The notes beneath the pieces are model-generated. The model searched no databases. It saw nothing but the letters and a program-made list of their open reading frames with translations, and was not told where the DNA came from. A DNA stretch of 64,000 bases, from positions 24,616,001-24,680,000 of the forward strand of contig NC_058368.1 in assembly GCF_018350175.1 (NCBI RefSeq), in the 5' to 3' direction. Source of the DNA: Felis catus (Eukaryota). Of the stretch, positions 1 to 13,111 are shown one piece after another. The position numbers and the translations under genes are program-made. Within the stretch, counting starts at the first letter, position 1, and the number at the start of each line of letters is the position of its first letter.

Positions 1-149
1 TGAGTGTCTGGCTTTGGCTCAGGTCATGATCCCAAGGTTCGTGGGTTCAAGCTCTGCATGGAGCTCAAGAACAAAGCCCACTTCAGATCCTATGTGCTCC
101 CCACCCCCCGTACTCTCTCTCTCGAAAATAAACAATTATTTTTTAAAAA
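1..149 (+). mobile_element. Can-SINE, 5' end cut by window edge
   Basis: GGCTCAGGTCATGATCCCAAGGTTCGTGGGTTCAAG body, CT tract, AAATAAA tail. Confidence 0.9.
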
Positions 150-849
150 TGTCTTAAAAAACTTAATTGCTTTCTTTCATTTTAAAGAAGGATTTTTTTA
201 AATATAATTTCAAGCACAGACAACACTGACAGAAATCAAGCTGGAAGGAAAAAACTCACCCAACTCTGCCTCCTCCCAAAAAACCAAATTGTGTTCGTTT
301 GACCCCCTTTCTCATTTGTTTTCATATGCATACATATTGTTTATAAACTTATGATGGAAAAATATACCATTGATATTCGTCATTCAACGTGCCACGGTCA
401 TTTTTCCATTTTTTGGTATAGTTTTCGTTTTGATTACTGCAAAAAAATGTAATGCCAACAGAGGAGTAGTTACAAACACTAATTTACCGTTCCTTTTTAA
501 ATGAGCGCTTCAAATATTTTGAAAATATTTTGAAAAATGGCACAAGCAAATAACATTCATATACGAGTGCTTTCTGCACTTGATTTTCCTCTGTGCTCCC
601 AGCAACTCAGCTGTGTTGTTTATTCCATGTTTACAGCTGAGGAAAGAAGGCTTGGAGAGACTCTGTGGACTGTTCTCAAATACAGCGCGTGGTGCCACAG
701 GGCAATGACTTGAGCCCAACACGAACAGCGCTTCTAGATTCCATTGGCTTTGTGTATGTTGGTGCTGACAGATTTTTACTGTTAAAGCCTCACTGCCCTG
801 AAACTTCCACCAGCGACACAAATAGTACTGTCAGTAAGCAGAATCCTCA

Positions 850-1070
850 GGGCCCCTGGGTGGCTCAGTGGGTGAAGTGTCCGACTTCGGCTCAGGTCAC
901 GATCTCGCGGTTCGTGAGTTCGAGCCCCCGCATTGGGCTCTGTGCTGACAGCTTGGACCTCAGAGCCTGGAGCCTGCTTCGGATTCTGTGTCTCCCTCTC
1001 TCTCTGCCCCTCCCACGCTCATGCTCTGTCTCTGTCTCAAAACTAAATAAACATTAAAAAAAAAAAAAAA
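850..1070 (+). mobile_element. Can-SINE (felid type)
   Basis: Full head/body/CT/poly-A; TSD AAGCAGAAT(C/T)CTC. Confidence 0.95.
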
Positions 1071-1689
1071 AGCAGAATTCTCTGGCTTTCTGAGAAAGGA
1101 CCTTCACAGCTCCCTACATGAGGTAATTTTAAAACTCTGGAGAAGGCTTTTGTGCCCCCCCAAAATCTCAGACCCTGATGCATCTACTAGAAAGGCATTT
1201 CTCTGCGTTTTGGTGACCTTTTGGTCTTTTAAGAGGCCTTTATGAAAACCTCCAAAAGATGGAGAGGGATGACCAAAAAAACAAGGGTTTGCCAACCCCG
1301 GTAAGAGATTGTTTTCCAACCCTAGACTATAGTGGACATCTGTTGTTTTCTTAGCTCAGCACCCCACCCCCGGTCTCATTGAATAGAATCGCAACTTCCT
1401 CCCAATGACGTGGGAATAATCATGTCAGAGTAATGTGATTATTGGTGGTGATCGCTCTGGTGTCAGAGTTGAGTCAATCAGGTCCTTCCCTGGGATTTTG
1501 GAATGCAGAGAGAAAGAGCTCTCTGTCTCTCTCTGTCTCTCTCTCATTAAAGGCTAATTTAATTGTGAAGACAAGAATTGAGGCTCATTCTAAGAAACCT
1601 GTAGAGGCACAAATTTAGAACATTTTGCATTCCATGGAAGTGTTAAATGTTAGTAATCACTCACACATCCTCATAACTTGTATACTTTT

Positions 1690-2220
1690 GGTTCATCATT
1701 TATTTAATAAACACTGATTGAGAGGCCATGGAAACACAGGGATGCAATCTGTCCTGTCCTCAAGAAGCTCTCAGGTTGGTGAGAGAGCCAGATGAGCAAA
1801 CAAATTATTTCAAAACATGTACTAGGATTCAAAGGACAATAAATGTGTTAGGTTCTATAACCCAGGAAGGAATTTGTAAGCATGGTCAAGGAAGAAGGGG
1901 AAACCAGCAGGGAGTCAGGTGAACTTCAGGGAGGAATTAACTTTGGAGTAGTCCTTGCTCGCTGAGTGGGAATTGTCCCATGGAAAGATGTTGAGCATGT
2001 AGAGTATGAGTTTGGGCAAGTACGATGCTGCATGTGAGGAGAGTAGGGAGTGCTTGGCAGGAACGCTTGCAATCTGTGAGGATGAACCTCAGGGTTTATG
2101 GTGGGAATGGTAGCACAGGGCATATGAAGACAAGGAAGGGGCATCCTGGGACGGACCTCATGCCCTGGGCTAGTGGATTCCATCCTGTGTTTGAAGATGA
2201 TCACTCTGAAAGCCAGTGAA
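1690..2220 (-). mobile_element. L2 LINE 3' fragment (old)
   Basis: TCATTTATTTAATAAACACTGATTGAG resembles the reverse L2 3' end, followed by purine-rich L2-like sequence. Confidence 0.6.
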
Positions 2221-2352
2221 GAAAGAGGGGTTAGGCCCATAGGCTCTGGAGCCCCAGCGATCACCACCAATAATCACTGATGCCCTGTAGCCGTGTGACC
2301 TTGACCAAAGTGATGACCCTCTGTATGCTGTCATATATCAAAAAGGCTTCTT

Positions 2353-2470
2353 GGGAGGTATGCCTGGATGGCTCATTCAGAAGAGCATGTGACTCTTGGT
2401 CTCAAGATTGTGAGTTCAAGCTCTACGTTGGCTGCAGAGATGACTAAAAAAAAACATAAATTTGTTTTTA
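2353..2470 (+). mobile_element. Short old Can-SINE lacking the CT tract
   Basis: GCCTGGATGGCTCATTCAG...GAGTTCAAG...A tail; TSD AAA(A/T)GGCTTCTTG. Confidence 0.8.
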
Positions 2471-2849
2471 AAATGGCTTCTTGAGAGAACTGAATGCATG
2501 ACGTCTTCAAAGCACTCAGCACAGTCTGACAAATGTAGTGATAGCTGAATACAAAGTGGATACTGTTAGGAATTTGAGTAGCAGTAGATTGACAGCTCCA
2601 GCAGGAAGTAAAGAAGCTTTGGTTGTATATAGAATCTCCCAGGGGGGAAAAACTATCATCTCTCCTGGAGGGAAAGCTTGAAGATCTTGTTCACTGGAGA
2701 CCACTTCAAGGACTCGTTATTAATTATCTGGAAAATGTGTTTCCAAGTAGACGGGTAAGAGAAAAACAATTAGGAAAAACTGAAATAATTTTCATTGACT
2801 AACCTGTGTAAAGTACAGGATATAAAACCAAAGACATTTGAAAGTTGCT

Positions 2850-3035
2850 AACAGAATAAATCTTCACATTTCTCATTATAAGGAAAAATTTTGACTATGT
2901 ACGGTGACGGATGTTATCTAGACTTATCATGGTGACCATTTTGTAGTATGTACGAACGTCAGATCACGACATTGTATCCCTGAAACTAATACAATGTTAT
3001 ATGTCATTTACACCTCAATTAAAAAATAAAATAAA
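2850..3035 (+). mobile_element. L1 3' end (L1MA-like)
   Basis: GGTGACGGATGTT...CCTGAAACTAATACAATGTTATATGTCA...A-rich tail. Confidence 0.85.
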
Positions 3036-3879
3036 CCCAAAGACAGGGTAAAGGAGGTTAAAATGTGTCTTGTTTGTATTGGTTTGAACTTCATCACATC
3101 AGAGAAAACCAAGACTTTCTTTTTCCTCTGGTAACTCAACAAAAGAACATGCTGGCCTTTGATGCAGATGTGTTTAGCTGATTAAAGAGTTTGTAAAATG
3201 TGGGGGACCTTTTTTGTTTGTCAGACTGGCAAGCAACAGGGCAAGAAGATTTGTGTGCGCTGGAAAATAGTGTGGAGCTTTTGTCGTGGGATACTTTTTG
3301 GAGGCTGAAATAGTAAAATCTAATCGCTTCTAAGCATAATGTCTTCGGAATGCCAAAACATTATGGCATGTGTTGATTGATTAGATGACAATGGGATGTT
3401 TGGCCAAAGAACCAAAGTTTTGTTCTACAAGATGCCAAGCACCTGGATATTTGGAAGCAGCTGTTTGGCATCCTGTGAACCAAAGAGAAGCCTCATTGTA
3501 CTACTGTACAAGGGTGAAGGCCCTAAGATCGCCTGTTGTCTGAACCGCTCCTGTCCCGAAGATCCAGTCTCGGGAACAGTGTTGACCAAGGAGCGCCAGG
3601 ACTAGTTTGGACCAAGGTCAAGTGGTAAAGTTGATGGAGACAGAATTTCTCATCGGGATTCAGATCTAAGGCGTGGGCACGGGACGGGTTTATTACCAGA
3701 GAGTCTGAACTTCCTCAGGACAACGTTTCAGGAGGCCACGGTGTGCTGGAAAAAAGACAGGAAGTAGTACGGAAACCGGGGCCAGAGTGATTTCTCCTTA
3801 TGGTCAGACAAAGGCACTTCGAGGAGTCTGCAACAACAGCCAATACACTGACCGAGTTTTCACGTTTTACCGAGTCAGT

Positions 3880-4090
3880 GGCATCGTGTAGACGGAAGGA
3901 GCCCAGGACCGGGAGTTAAAGGAAATGGATTCTGTTTCTGGCTCCACCACGAGGCTGCACATGTGAGCACGTGTAAACTCTCTGAAACTCAGCTTTCTAA
4001 CAGGTAAAATGAAGATTACACTGACTATCTCACAGGACTGTTGAGAAGTGCGCTGACGCGCTTCCTAGATGGTAGAGCGGTATAAAATGG
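3880..4090 (+). mobile_element. MIR
   Basis: Core-like CTCAGCTTTCTAACAGGTAAAATGAAGATT...TCTCACAGGACTGTTGAG. Confidence 0.65.
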
Positions 4091-4219
4091 GAGAGTCCCA
4101 TTAAGAGAGTTTTCATTCCCATTGTTCGATGTCACGCAAAATTTAGAATGATTAGCTAAAATTATGGGGACTACAGGTAAGACTATTTCAGAGACTCCTG
4201 GTGGGAATGGGTGGTCCTG

Positions 4220-4440
4220 AAAAGCACCGGAGAAAAGCTTGGGGTTTGGGGGAAATCAGACCCGGGTTTGGACTCCTGCCGCACAGCAGTCTAGTTGTGC
4301 ATCCTTGGACAAGTCACTTCTCTTGCCTCGTGAGAGGTTTCCTGCTTTGTGAAGTGGGGCAAATGGTAGCAGCGACATCAGAGAACCGAGAGCAGTGAAG
4401 GAGATAATGGTGGCAAAGCCCCATCCCTGAGTCCAAGCAC
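4220..4440 (+). mobile_element. MIR
   Basis: AGACCCGGGTTTG...CCTTGGACAAGTCACTT...TGTGAAGTGGGG. Confidence 0.7.
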
Positions 4441-5254
4441 ACGCAAAGACGGGGCCGGTGTTAGTTCAGGGAGCTTCCTGTCACTGAAAGCAGACAAGCA
4501 AAAGCAGACCCCCAATCTCTTCGAGGCGTTAATGGCATGGGAGGAGGTGGGGCAAAATGACTTCTAAACTTCCTTCGAATTCGAACCGTCTGAGTTTCTG
4601 ACATCAAAACACACCACGGTGGGAAGGAAACCAGGGATGCATTTGATCCTTGGAAAAGATCATTCCAAGCAGAATGAGAAGCTACATATGAGGAGACGTC
4701 AGAAACCGTGTTGCCAAGCTTTCGACTCTGGAAAGTCTGGCCCCGAGTCCAGCCTAGTGAAGCCCAACTCAAACAACTAGTGAGCTTGTTCACAATGTCC
4801 TGTGCTTTGAAGTGTCAGAATTTCAACTTCTCCTGCTCTTACTGGGTTGACCCCAGGACGAGATAAGGGAACAGAGGATCTTGTTGGCAAGTTAAAGAAT
4901 GAAAACAGTAACAGCAACTTATCAGTGTAACTGGGCCCTTAGTCCTAACTCAGGTTGTAATTGCGGGCGGAGCAGATAAAGTACTTTGGGGCAGAGCTAT
5001 CAATGTTTCTCACTTTGCAAACAAAACACTATTCTTCCTGTCAAACTCATCTTTTACGAGGGAGGAAGGACAGCCCAGTTTGGACACGGAGCCCTTGTTG
5101 AGAAATCTGTGCTGTTGAGAGAAACATTCTCCTTAGCAAACGTGAATTTCTCTTTGTCAGAGGTAAAGTTAACCGTTGACTTCTTTCCTTCTCTCGTTTT
5201 CGTGCAAACTACGTGCTCAGCACATTGCTAAGCCTTCTGCACGTTCTGCCGAAC

Positions 5255-5640
5255 ATTCTCCATTTGTTGCCCCAGACCCACTTCTCCACCCTTGTCCTGG
5301 GACCCCAGAAAGCTCCCCTTGAATGAATGCTGTCACCCAGGCTCCACTGACTTCTGGTTTGTAGTAGAGTTCGACCACGAGGAAGCAGCAGCAAAAGGTA
5401 GAGGGACGGGGAAAAAAGACAGTTTAGGCTACTTATTCCTACCCACCCCCTATTTCACATCCCCTCCCTGAGTTTCAGGCACTGGAAAGTCCAGGATTTT
5501 CTGGATTGAGCTGTTGGTAGCCCTGAGGTGCCTCAGCATCCCTTGTGGTGTCTCTTAACCTTGCTCACAGCTTTGTAAATAATCCATTAAACAGTGGCCC
5601 TTTAGAGTACGTCATCTGTTGTTTTGCTGTGACTCTACTA
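5255..5640. mobile_element. Old ERVL-type LTR (LTR33-like)
   Basis: CTTCTGGTTTGTAGTAGAGTTCGACCACGAGGAAGCAGCAGC...TTTGTAAATAATCCATTAAA resembles LTR33. Confidence 0.5.
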
Positions 5641-5689
5641 TCTAATATATATAGGCTTACTTCCAATGGGCCATAATCAGAAAGGACAT

Positions 5690-5930
5690 AGTCACTTTGA
5701 GGCCAAGCCAGTAAAGAGCCAGTGTGACTCCTCCCTTCATCAGGAAGCTAAGACCTCCAGGATGTCAGAGCTGCTATTTGGAAACAGCCCAAGTTCTTGA
5801 GCGCTCTTGGAGGAAAGCCACGGCCTCAGACTGTGACATGAGCAGGAAGTGAACTTTTCTCAGGTGAAGCCACTGAAATGTCAGGGTCCATTTGTTACTG
5901 CAGCAGAACCTATCATCCTGACCAACTCTC
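5690..5930 (+). mobile_element. MaLR LTR fragment (MLT1-like)
   Basis: AAGCCACTGAAATGTCAGGGTCCATTTGTTACTGCAGCA...CCTGAC 3' end. Confidence 0.55.
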
Positions 5931-6554
5931 TTATTTAATTGAACCCTAATCCCCCACGATCTATGAAGTAGACACTCACGCTAACGCACATTTCATAGGT
6001 AGGAAAACGGATGCAAATTGCTTGAGTGTCTTGCAACAATACCAGAAGCAGCAGAGCTGGTGCTCAAACCAGATCTTTCGGACTCCAAGGTCTAGCTTTT
6101 ACCAACGCACGGTATAGTTTCCCGCTAAACCATACTCCTTTGTGTGGGGTCAGGGGAATGTCTTCCTGCCATGTGTAGGAAGATGCACTTCCTGTCAGCG
6201 AATCTTGCAAATGCAGTGTTATCCAGCAAAGGTGTATCCAGCAAAGGTTGAGGGAACTTTCCTGAAGCTGATGAAAGATGAGCGGAGAGCCCCTTGATAC
6301 CCTCACTCGCCTTCCCTACCTGGAAAAGAGGGATTTGGGATTTTTTTTTTCTTGCTTAGGCTTCTAACATTACTCCTGTGGAAGTTTCACATTTTCCCCT
6401 TCTTGTCCAGAATGAAAGCTGTAGCTCTTTATTACCCCTGTTGGGTGTATTTCTTCAGAGAGACCAGGGGCCCATTTTTAGCAACTTATTTTTAAAATGT
6501 GATTCTTAATGTACATAATGCCACCGACCGTATACACTTAAAAATGGTTAACAT

Positions 6555-6670
6555 GATGACAGATGGTAGCTACACTCCGGTGGGCACAGCATAATGAATA
6601 GAGTTGTCAAATCCTATGTGGCACACCTGAAATTAACATAACATTGTGTGTTAACTATACCCCAATAAAA
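6555..6670 (+). mobile_element. L1 3' end fragment
   Basis: GACAGATGGTAGCTACACT...CACCTGAAATTAACATAACATTGTGTG. Confidence 0.75.
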
Positions 6671-6672
6671 AG

Positions 6673-6926
6673 GTTTTTTTCTTAAACTGTTCATTTACTT
6701 GTTCTGAGAGAGAGAGCAAGCGGGGGGAAAGGGCAGAGAGAGACAGGGACAGAGGACCCCAAGCAGGCTCCGTGCTGTCAGCAAAGAGCCTGATGTGCTC
6801 TTGAGCTTGAACTCACCAACCTGCAAGCTCTTGAGCTCTGAGCTTGAACTCACCAACCTGTAAGATCATGACCTGAGCTGAAATCAAAAGTCAGATGCTT
6901 ACCCAACTGAGCCACCCAGGTGCCCC
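6673..6926 (-). mobile_element. Can-SINE with internal duplication
   Basis: Ends GAGCCACCCAGGTGCCCC; duplicated GAGCTTGAACTCACCAACCTG inside. Confidence 0.92.
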
Positions 6927-8565
6927 TTAATTTTCTTTTAATACTAATGAAGTAAAGTACAAAAATAGCACCCCCAAAATAGTCCGCATTGGAAGGTTTC
7001 TGTTATATGTGTTCGGCCCCAATAGAAAAAAAAAACGGTCTTGAAATAGGAGTCTTCATTTTCAATCGATTAAGGCACAAGGCTGCATCTTTGCCATGGA
7101 TTATTTGCTTCTGAAATGCATGTCCAACACATTTCCAGAGTGTCATTATCAGCTGGAGGAAACAGGCTTTTGTCACTTGCAGGAAGACATCATTGACTCC
7201 AGGTCAGACCAGTTCCTTGCATTCAACGACGACTGTTTTTTCTGCTACCAAAGGAAATTCAGCAGCACGGTGACTTCTGAAATTTTGTGTGTAGGAAGGG
7301 AAAGCCCAGAGAGCATTGGTGGCCCAAGCCGGAAATGTGACCTATTGAGCTTTTCTGAGGCAATGGGGTCAGAGAAATCCTTTACGCTCCTGAGCTGGAT
7401 GTGCTAAGCCTCAGCAGTTTGCTATGACTCTGTTGGGACAAACTCACAGGTACAATTTCTGTCCAAACGTCCTACGTGTTTTCCCATAATCGGTTTGCCC
7501 CGGCTTCCTTCGCTGAGTTTTCAATGCATCTGGAGGGGGTCTGAGTGTGCGGAAACCATTCTCTCCTATTTATTTTTTCCTAGACACGATAGTGCTCCTT
7601 GGAAAAGAAAGCAGGGGTTTTACTTGGAAAAGCCAGCAACGTTAGTTAGGACTGAGCTCGTACGCATTTGCCCAGAGCCCTTTAAAGAATGAACTTGTTG
7701 GGTCAAGTGGGAGAGTTTGGGGTCGGATTCTCCGTGTAGTGGCTAGAGCCAAAATGGGCAAGGACTGCCTGAGATGGTTCCCACACCTATTGCTTGCTTA
7801 CTGCTGGGCCTGGCCTGGCCTCGGTGGCCTTTCCCCCACTCTGTCCTTAGGGATGGTATGTTTTAAAGTAGCCACGTATTTCTATAAAAGGATGAGAATT
7901 CTCAACCCACTCTGAATCTCTTATTGCAAGGGCTGATGAAGTGTTTATTTTTCACCAACCAACCCATATCCACTTCTTGGTCTTTACTGCCCCCCACTGG
8001 ACTGGGTCACAGGGCCCCCCTACCTTCTCTCTTCCAGCTGGAGCTGGCCAACCCTACTCACCACTGAGGGGAGCCTGGGTTGGGGTATCCCCACCACCCA
8101 CCCGCCCCTGCCTCCTTCCTCCTTGCTTTATCACTGTGGCTCTGGCTATAGCTGAGGGTTTCCTCTCAGGTGGCCTCAGAGGATGTGGGGTGGCAGCCTT
8201 GACGGCCCCAGGTTTCGGCAAGTCCCCATCACTTCAAGCCAGCGCGGCAACGGCTTCTTGCTGTGCTGTTCCTATCTGCCTCTGGATGTTTGCTGGGTCT
8301 TTGCAGCACGCCCATACCTGCATAAAGGTCCCGTCCTGAAATACTGCCCATCTGCCTCAAAGCATGCCTTCTGAGCCTGCAGAGGACTTGTCTGAGAGTT
8401 TCTCAGTTCCAAGAGCCTTTCCCGTTTGGACGAGAGTCCTTACTGCCGGGAAGCCGCAGCTGCATATTCTGGACACTGTGGAGCCTTAAGCCAGTTTTAA
8501 TGTTTCAGGGTCGACAGTGCCAGAGTTGGTGGCAAAGAGATTTTGCCCTGAAAGAGATGACCCAA

Positions 8566-8965
8566 GCCCTTGCTACCCGAAGTGTGGCCCACACCCCAGC
8601 CGCCTCGGCATCACCTGGGAACTTGTTAGAAATGTTGAAACTTAGGGGCGCCTGGGTGGCGCAGTCGGTTAAGCGTCCGACTTCAGCTCAGGTCACGATC
8701 TCGCGGTCCAGGAGTTCGAGCCCCGCCTCAGGCTCTGGGCTGATGGCTCAGAGCCTGGAGCCTGTTTCCGATTCTGTGTCTCCCTCTCTCTCTGCCCCTC
8801 CCCCGTTCGTGCTCTGTCTCTCTCTGTCCCAAAAATAAATAAACGTTGAAAAAAAAAAAAAAAAAAAAAGAAATGTTGAAACTTAGGCTCCACCCCAGAC
8901 CTCCTGAACCAGAATCTGTACTTTAACAAGACTGCCGACAGTTGGGGTTTTTGAGAAGCACTCCT
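8566..8965. mobile_element. MER5A-like hAT-Charlie MITE split by a Can-SINE
   Basis: GGCATCACCTGGGAACTTGTTAGAAATG ... CCACCCCAGACCTCCTGAACCAGAATCTG...TTTGAGAAGCACT. Confidence 0.8.
8645..8868 (+). mobile_element. Young felid Can-SINE
   Basis: Near-consensus, long poly-A, perfect TSD AGAAATGTTGAAACTTA (8628-8644 / 8869-8885). Confidence 0.97.
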
Positions 8966-9624
8966 ATAAGCCACGGATCATCGAGACCATTGTATATTAC
9001 TCTGTGGGCAGAGCCTAGCTCAAAAGGGTGGTTAAGACCAGACAGATGGGGAGCGCTGTGAAATATTAACTGATTGCTCTTCATCCTCCAGGCTGATGAG
9101 AGCAGAGGAAATTTGGGTTATATCCCCTTTTAACACTCCTCCCTCTCAGACATCTCATGAGATCCTGCTCTGTTTTGCTTTTTCAGCCTAGCTCTAAGGA
9201 ATCTGAGACAGGCATTCACCCTACCGCAAATTAATGGGAAGATCCATTTTCATTTAGTCAAAACCAAACATTCTTGAAGCACCTGCTGCACACAACAGAG
9301 TGCTATACAGGAAGAAATGCCGATAGCAGCGGAAGAAGAGAGGGTGTTGGGAGGAAGTGGGAAAGAGCCCGGGGAGAAATTCACCGGAATTTAGTAACTG
9401 GTGGCCTGGCACCAGGGTTGAGGGTGAGGTTGAAGCACAGTGCGGAAATGAGATAGTTTCTCGATGTGTTGCCTTTGTGGTTGGGGGTGCAGGGGTGCCG
9501 GGACCAGGAGGCTGCAGCTGGGAAGGCAGTGAGAGGAGGAACAAGAAGAGGATGAGTATCTCGGGGGCACTGAGATATATGAACTTGAAGTTTAGGACAT
9601 CAATTGAAAAAGGTGGGAGGGACT

Positions 9625-9843
9625 GGGGCACCCGATGGCACAGTCGGTTAAGTGTCCGATGCTTGGCTTCCGCTCATCTCATGATCTCTCCAGAGTTCAA
9701 GCCCCGCGTTGGGCCTTGCTCTGTCAACGCAGAGCCTGCTTGGGATTCTCTCTCTCTTTCTCTCTGCCCCTCCCCCACTCACGCTGTCTGTGTCTCTCTC
9801 AAAATAAATAAATAAACTTAAAAAAAATAAAAAAATAAAAAAA
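9625..9843 (+). mobile_element. Can-SINE
   Basis: GGGGCACC head, CT tract, A tail. Confidence 0.93.
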
Positions 9844-10539
9844 GAGGAACTACCCAGTAAACATATGAGTGACAGGGAGACGCAGTGTAGGAGTAAGAGG
9901 CTTGTTTCTCGAAGTACAAGCATAAAGTAAAGGAAAACACCCTTCTAACCACCTGCAAGGTTAGGTCAAGGGTGCACTGCATCTTTCCTGGGGTGGGGGG
10001 GGGACGGGGCGGGGCTCGGCAGGCAATCCTTTCCTCCCACACCACCTCTCAAAGCTCCTCACCTCTGGCCCCTCCCATGAGGAGTGGGATGTGACTTCCC
10101 AGACTCCATTCCTTGCTGTCCCGAGACCCAGCACTTAAGCTTTTGGTTTGGGGGTTTTCACGCCAATCCCTATAGGAAATTGGAGAAAAGAAGTTGGAGC
10201 AAGAACAAAAGTGGTTGCTTGTGTAGTACTTTTACCCGGAGTAAGTAGATTTTCGAAACGATTCAGCTTGGCACTTTCCCTGGACACCAAAAGTGCCTTC
10301 TTGGGAAATAAATGCAAAAGGAAATTTAAGTTGGCTGACTCTTTTGAGAATGAAAACAAAAGGAATCCTAATAACAAAAACCACGCTTTTGCTCTCCCTT
10401 TGCAGACTTGCTGTCTGCTTTTTTTTTCTTTCTTTTAACTTTGTTTACTTTTTGTGTTGTGTTTTGTTTTGTTTCTTTCTTCTTATTTGCCCTTCCCTCG
10501 GGATCAAATCTTGACTCTTGCATAAAGTCTCTTATATGT

Positions 10540-10770
10540 GGGGCCCCTGGGTGGCTCAGTTGGTTGAGGGTCCGGCTTCGACTCAGGTCATGATCTCGCA
10601 GTTTGTGGGTTGGAGCCCCGCGTCGCGCTCTGTGCTGACAGCTCAGAGCCTGGAGCCTGCTTCGGATTCTGTGGCTCCCTGTCTCTCTCTGCGCACCACC
10701 CCCCACACACACACACACACACACACTCTGTCTCTCTCTCCTTCAGAAATAAATAAACATTAAAAAAAAA
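10540..10770 (+). mobile_element. Can-SINE with (CA)n in its low-complexity region
   Basis: Full element; TSD AAGTCTC(T/A)TAT. Confidence 0.95.
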
Positions 10771-11077
10771 TTTTTTTAAGTCTCATATTTATATTGCAGT
10801 CTGTGAGGTCTCCTCATTGCTCTGGAGAATGAAATCAGATACTCCAACTGTAGATATGTGAACACGCGCCTATAGAACTCAAATGAGTTCCAAATGCTGC
10901 TAGGGCAAGATGAATAACAATTCCTCACACTAAACTGCATGTAGGATCTACGTGACACTTTATGCCGAGAAAGACATCGTCACTAACCAGGCAAACAGCT
11001 TGTAGTCTCTCCACTTTTTTTCTCAAGTGATTTCAGTATTCACTTTTCTCCTCTTTGACAAAGAAAGAAAACACCTC

Positions 11078-11185
11078 GGGCACCTGGGTGGCTCAGTCAG
11101 TTAGGCGTCGCACTCTTGATTTCTGCCAATGTCATGATCTCACAGTAGTGAGACTGTCCGGGCTGGGCGTGGAGGCTGCCTAAGA

Positions 11186-11221
<36 letters not shown>

Positions 11222-11232
11222 GCCCTGCTCTC

Positions 11233-11271
<39 letters not shown>

Positions 11272-11281
11272 ATATTTTAAA
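11078..11281 (+). mobile_element. Can-SINE with (CT)n and (TAAA)n tail
   Basis: GGGCACCTGGGTGGCTCAG head; TSD-like GAAAGAAAACA. Confidence 0.92.
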
Positions 11282-11649
11282 AGAGAAAGAAAACAAACAC
11301 TTGACCATCACCCCTACAGTACTGAGCCTTAGCCTTCTGTAGAAGATCTTGTGCAGCACAGAATAATGCTGGCATTTTGTTTCAGTGAAATTCAATAATA
11401 AAAGGATGAATCTCAATAGTTCCACTCAAGTAGCCATCCTTTACCCTCAGTTACCAGAGTAACTCGGGCAAAAGTCATTTCTTCTGAATTGATCAGAATA
11501 GTTGTGATGCAATGACAGTTTCTTGGGAAGGTTTCTGGGAAAATTCTTTGCCTTTCTCAAATTAGAAGCAAGCGTTGCCTCTTATATTTGATTGCTAGAA
11601 ATAACTGGTGGACTCCCTCCTAACAAAAAATTATCAGTGCAATTTCTTT

Positions 11650-11891
11650 TTTCTTTTTTCTTTTTTATTTTTTTTAAATATTTTTTTTCAACGTTTATTT
11701 ATTTTTGGGACAGAGAGAGACAGAGCATGAGCGGGGGAGGGGCAGAGAGAGAGGGAGACACAGAATCAGAAACAGGCTCCAGGCTCTGAGCCATCAGCCC
11801 AGAGCCCGACGCGGGGCTCGAACTCCCGGACCGCAAGATCGTGACCTGGCTGAAGTCGGACGCTTAACCGACTGCGCCACCCAGGCGCCCC
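11650..11891 (-). mobile_element. Young felid Can-SINE
   Basis: Near-consensus; perfect TSD TCAGTGCAATTTCTTT (11634 / 11892). Confidence 0.97.
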
Positions 11892-11904
11892 TCAGTGCAA
11901 TTTC

Positions 11905-12310
11905 TTTATGTGCATTCACTGAATAACATTCTTTGACACCTGTGAAGACATAATTTGCTTGATGTGGAGAGATCCTTACCCTCGGGAAATACACGATTTT
12001 GGCGGGAGCCTGTGAGGTTAATAATGTGGAGAGTCATGCAACAGAATTGTGTGTGAAGGGCCATGGGGGCTTGGAATAGAGAAAGTTCTGATTTTGTCGG
12101 GAGGAGAGAGGATGGATGAATAACTTCATAGGAGAGGTGACATTGAACAGCGTCTTGAAGAACGAGTAGGAGAGAGGCAGAGAGCATGAGCGAAGGGAGC
12201 AGAGTGAGGAAGGCACAGGTTTAAGGTACGTGTGTTTAAGATATGGGCTGTTGCAGAGGGAACAAAATGGAGAGCGAGGTCCAGACTGTGACTGGCTGGT
12301 GAGGGAGGCA
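11905..12310 (-). mobile_element. L2 fragment (old)
   Basis: CATTCACTGAATAACATT start; CTTCATAGGAGAGGTGACATTGAACAG...GGCAGAG L2-like. Confidence 0.6.
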
Positions 12311-13111
12311 TGGAAGTTTACAAGCTACCCTACAGATGGGGATGAGCGGCTGAGAGAGTTTTAATTAGGTATCTCTGCTTTCTTTATCTTCAAGAAAATA
12401 TCCAGATCCTCTGTTATTAAGAATTAAAAGAAAATCCCCATGAGATCTTATTCCCCAAGGTCCACGTTTACTTTTTAATGGGTCCGTGGCAGTCAGCTCC
12501 AGCATTACGAGGTCGCAAGGAGATCTCTGGACCAAGCTGGACAGAGGGCTCTTCCAATGGTTCGGTAATCCCAAGATCTGACAAAGACGTTAAGCAAGAT
12601 TTGATTAAACTCTGGCGCCACAACAATAAACATAGTAGGATTATACAATTGATAAAAGGTGGTTTGCTCTCAGGATGTGAAGGTGTGGTCCCATTCGGTT
12701 CCAGGTCCTCCCTTAGCTTCCACATGCCTGCACGCAGATGTGTTTACATTAGTGAGAAGGGATGGGGGAAGGGGGAGTACCCCCTGGACAACCACCACTC
12801 AGAAGCACATGCCTAGACCTCTAACCTCCTCAAAGTCCACTGACGCTTTTTAACCAGAATTCGCCCAAAATATTAACCCTTAGTGCCTTAAGGCATCCAA
12901 TGCATTTCTAACAAATCAACTTCTTTACTGTATGTCTCAAATGGAACTAACTACAGACTCAGGATTGCTGAGAAAATAGTCATTCAAATCGCTTTCTGTA
13001 GGGCTTAATTCTTCGTGCTCTTCTGATTATGAAAGACTGGAGAAAGGCCCAGCTCCCTCACCTGCCTGCCTTAGGTCCATCTCCCAGGATCAAGTTTCCA
13101 TGCGAAATTGA

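Noticed and set aside
8645..8720. tRNA-like A/B boxes
   Set aside because: They belong to tRNA-derived SINE heads; no complete cloverleaf tRNA gene was seen.
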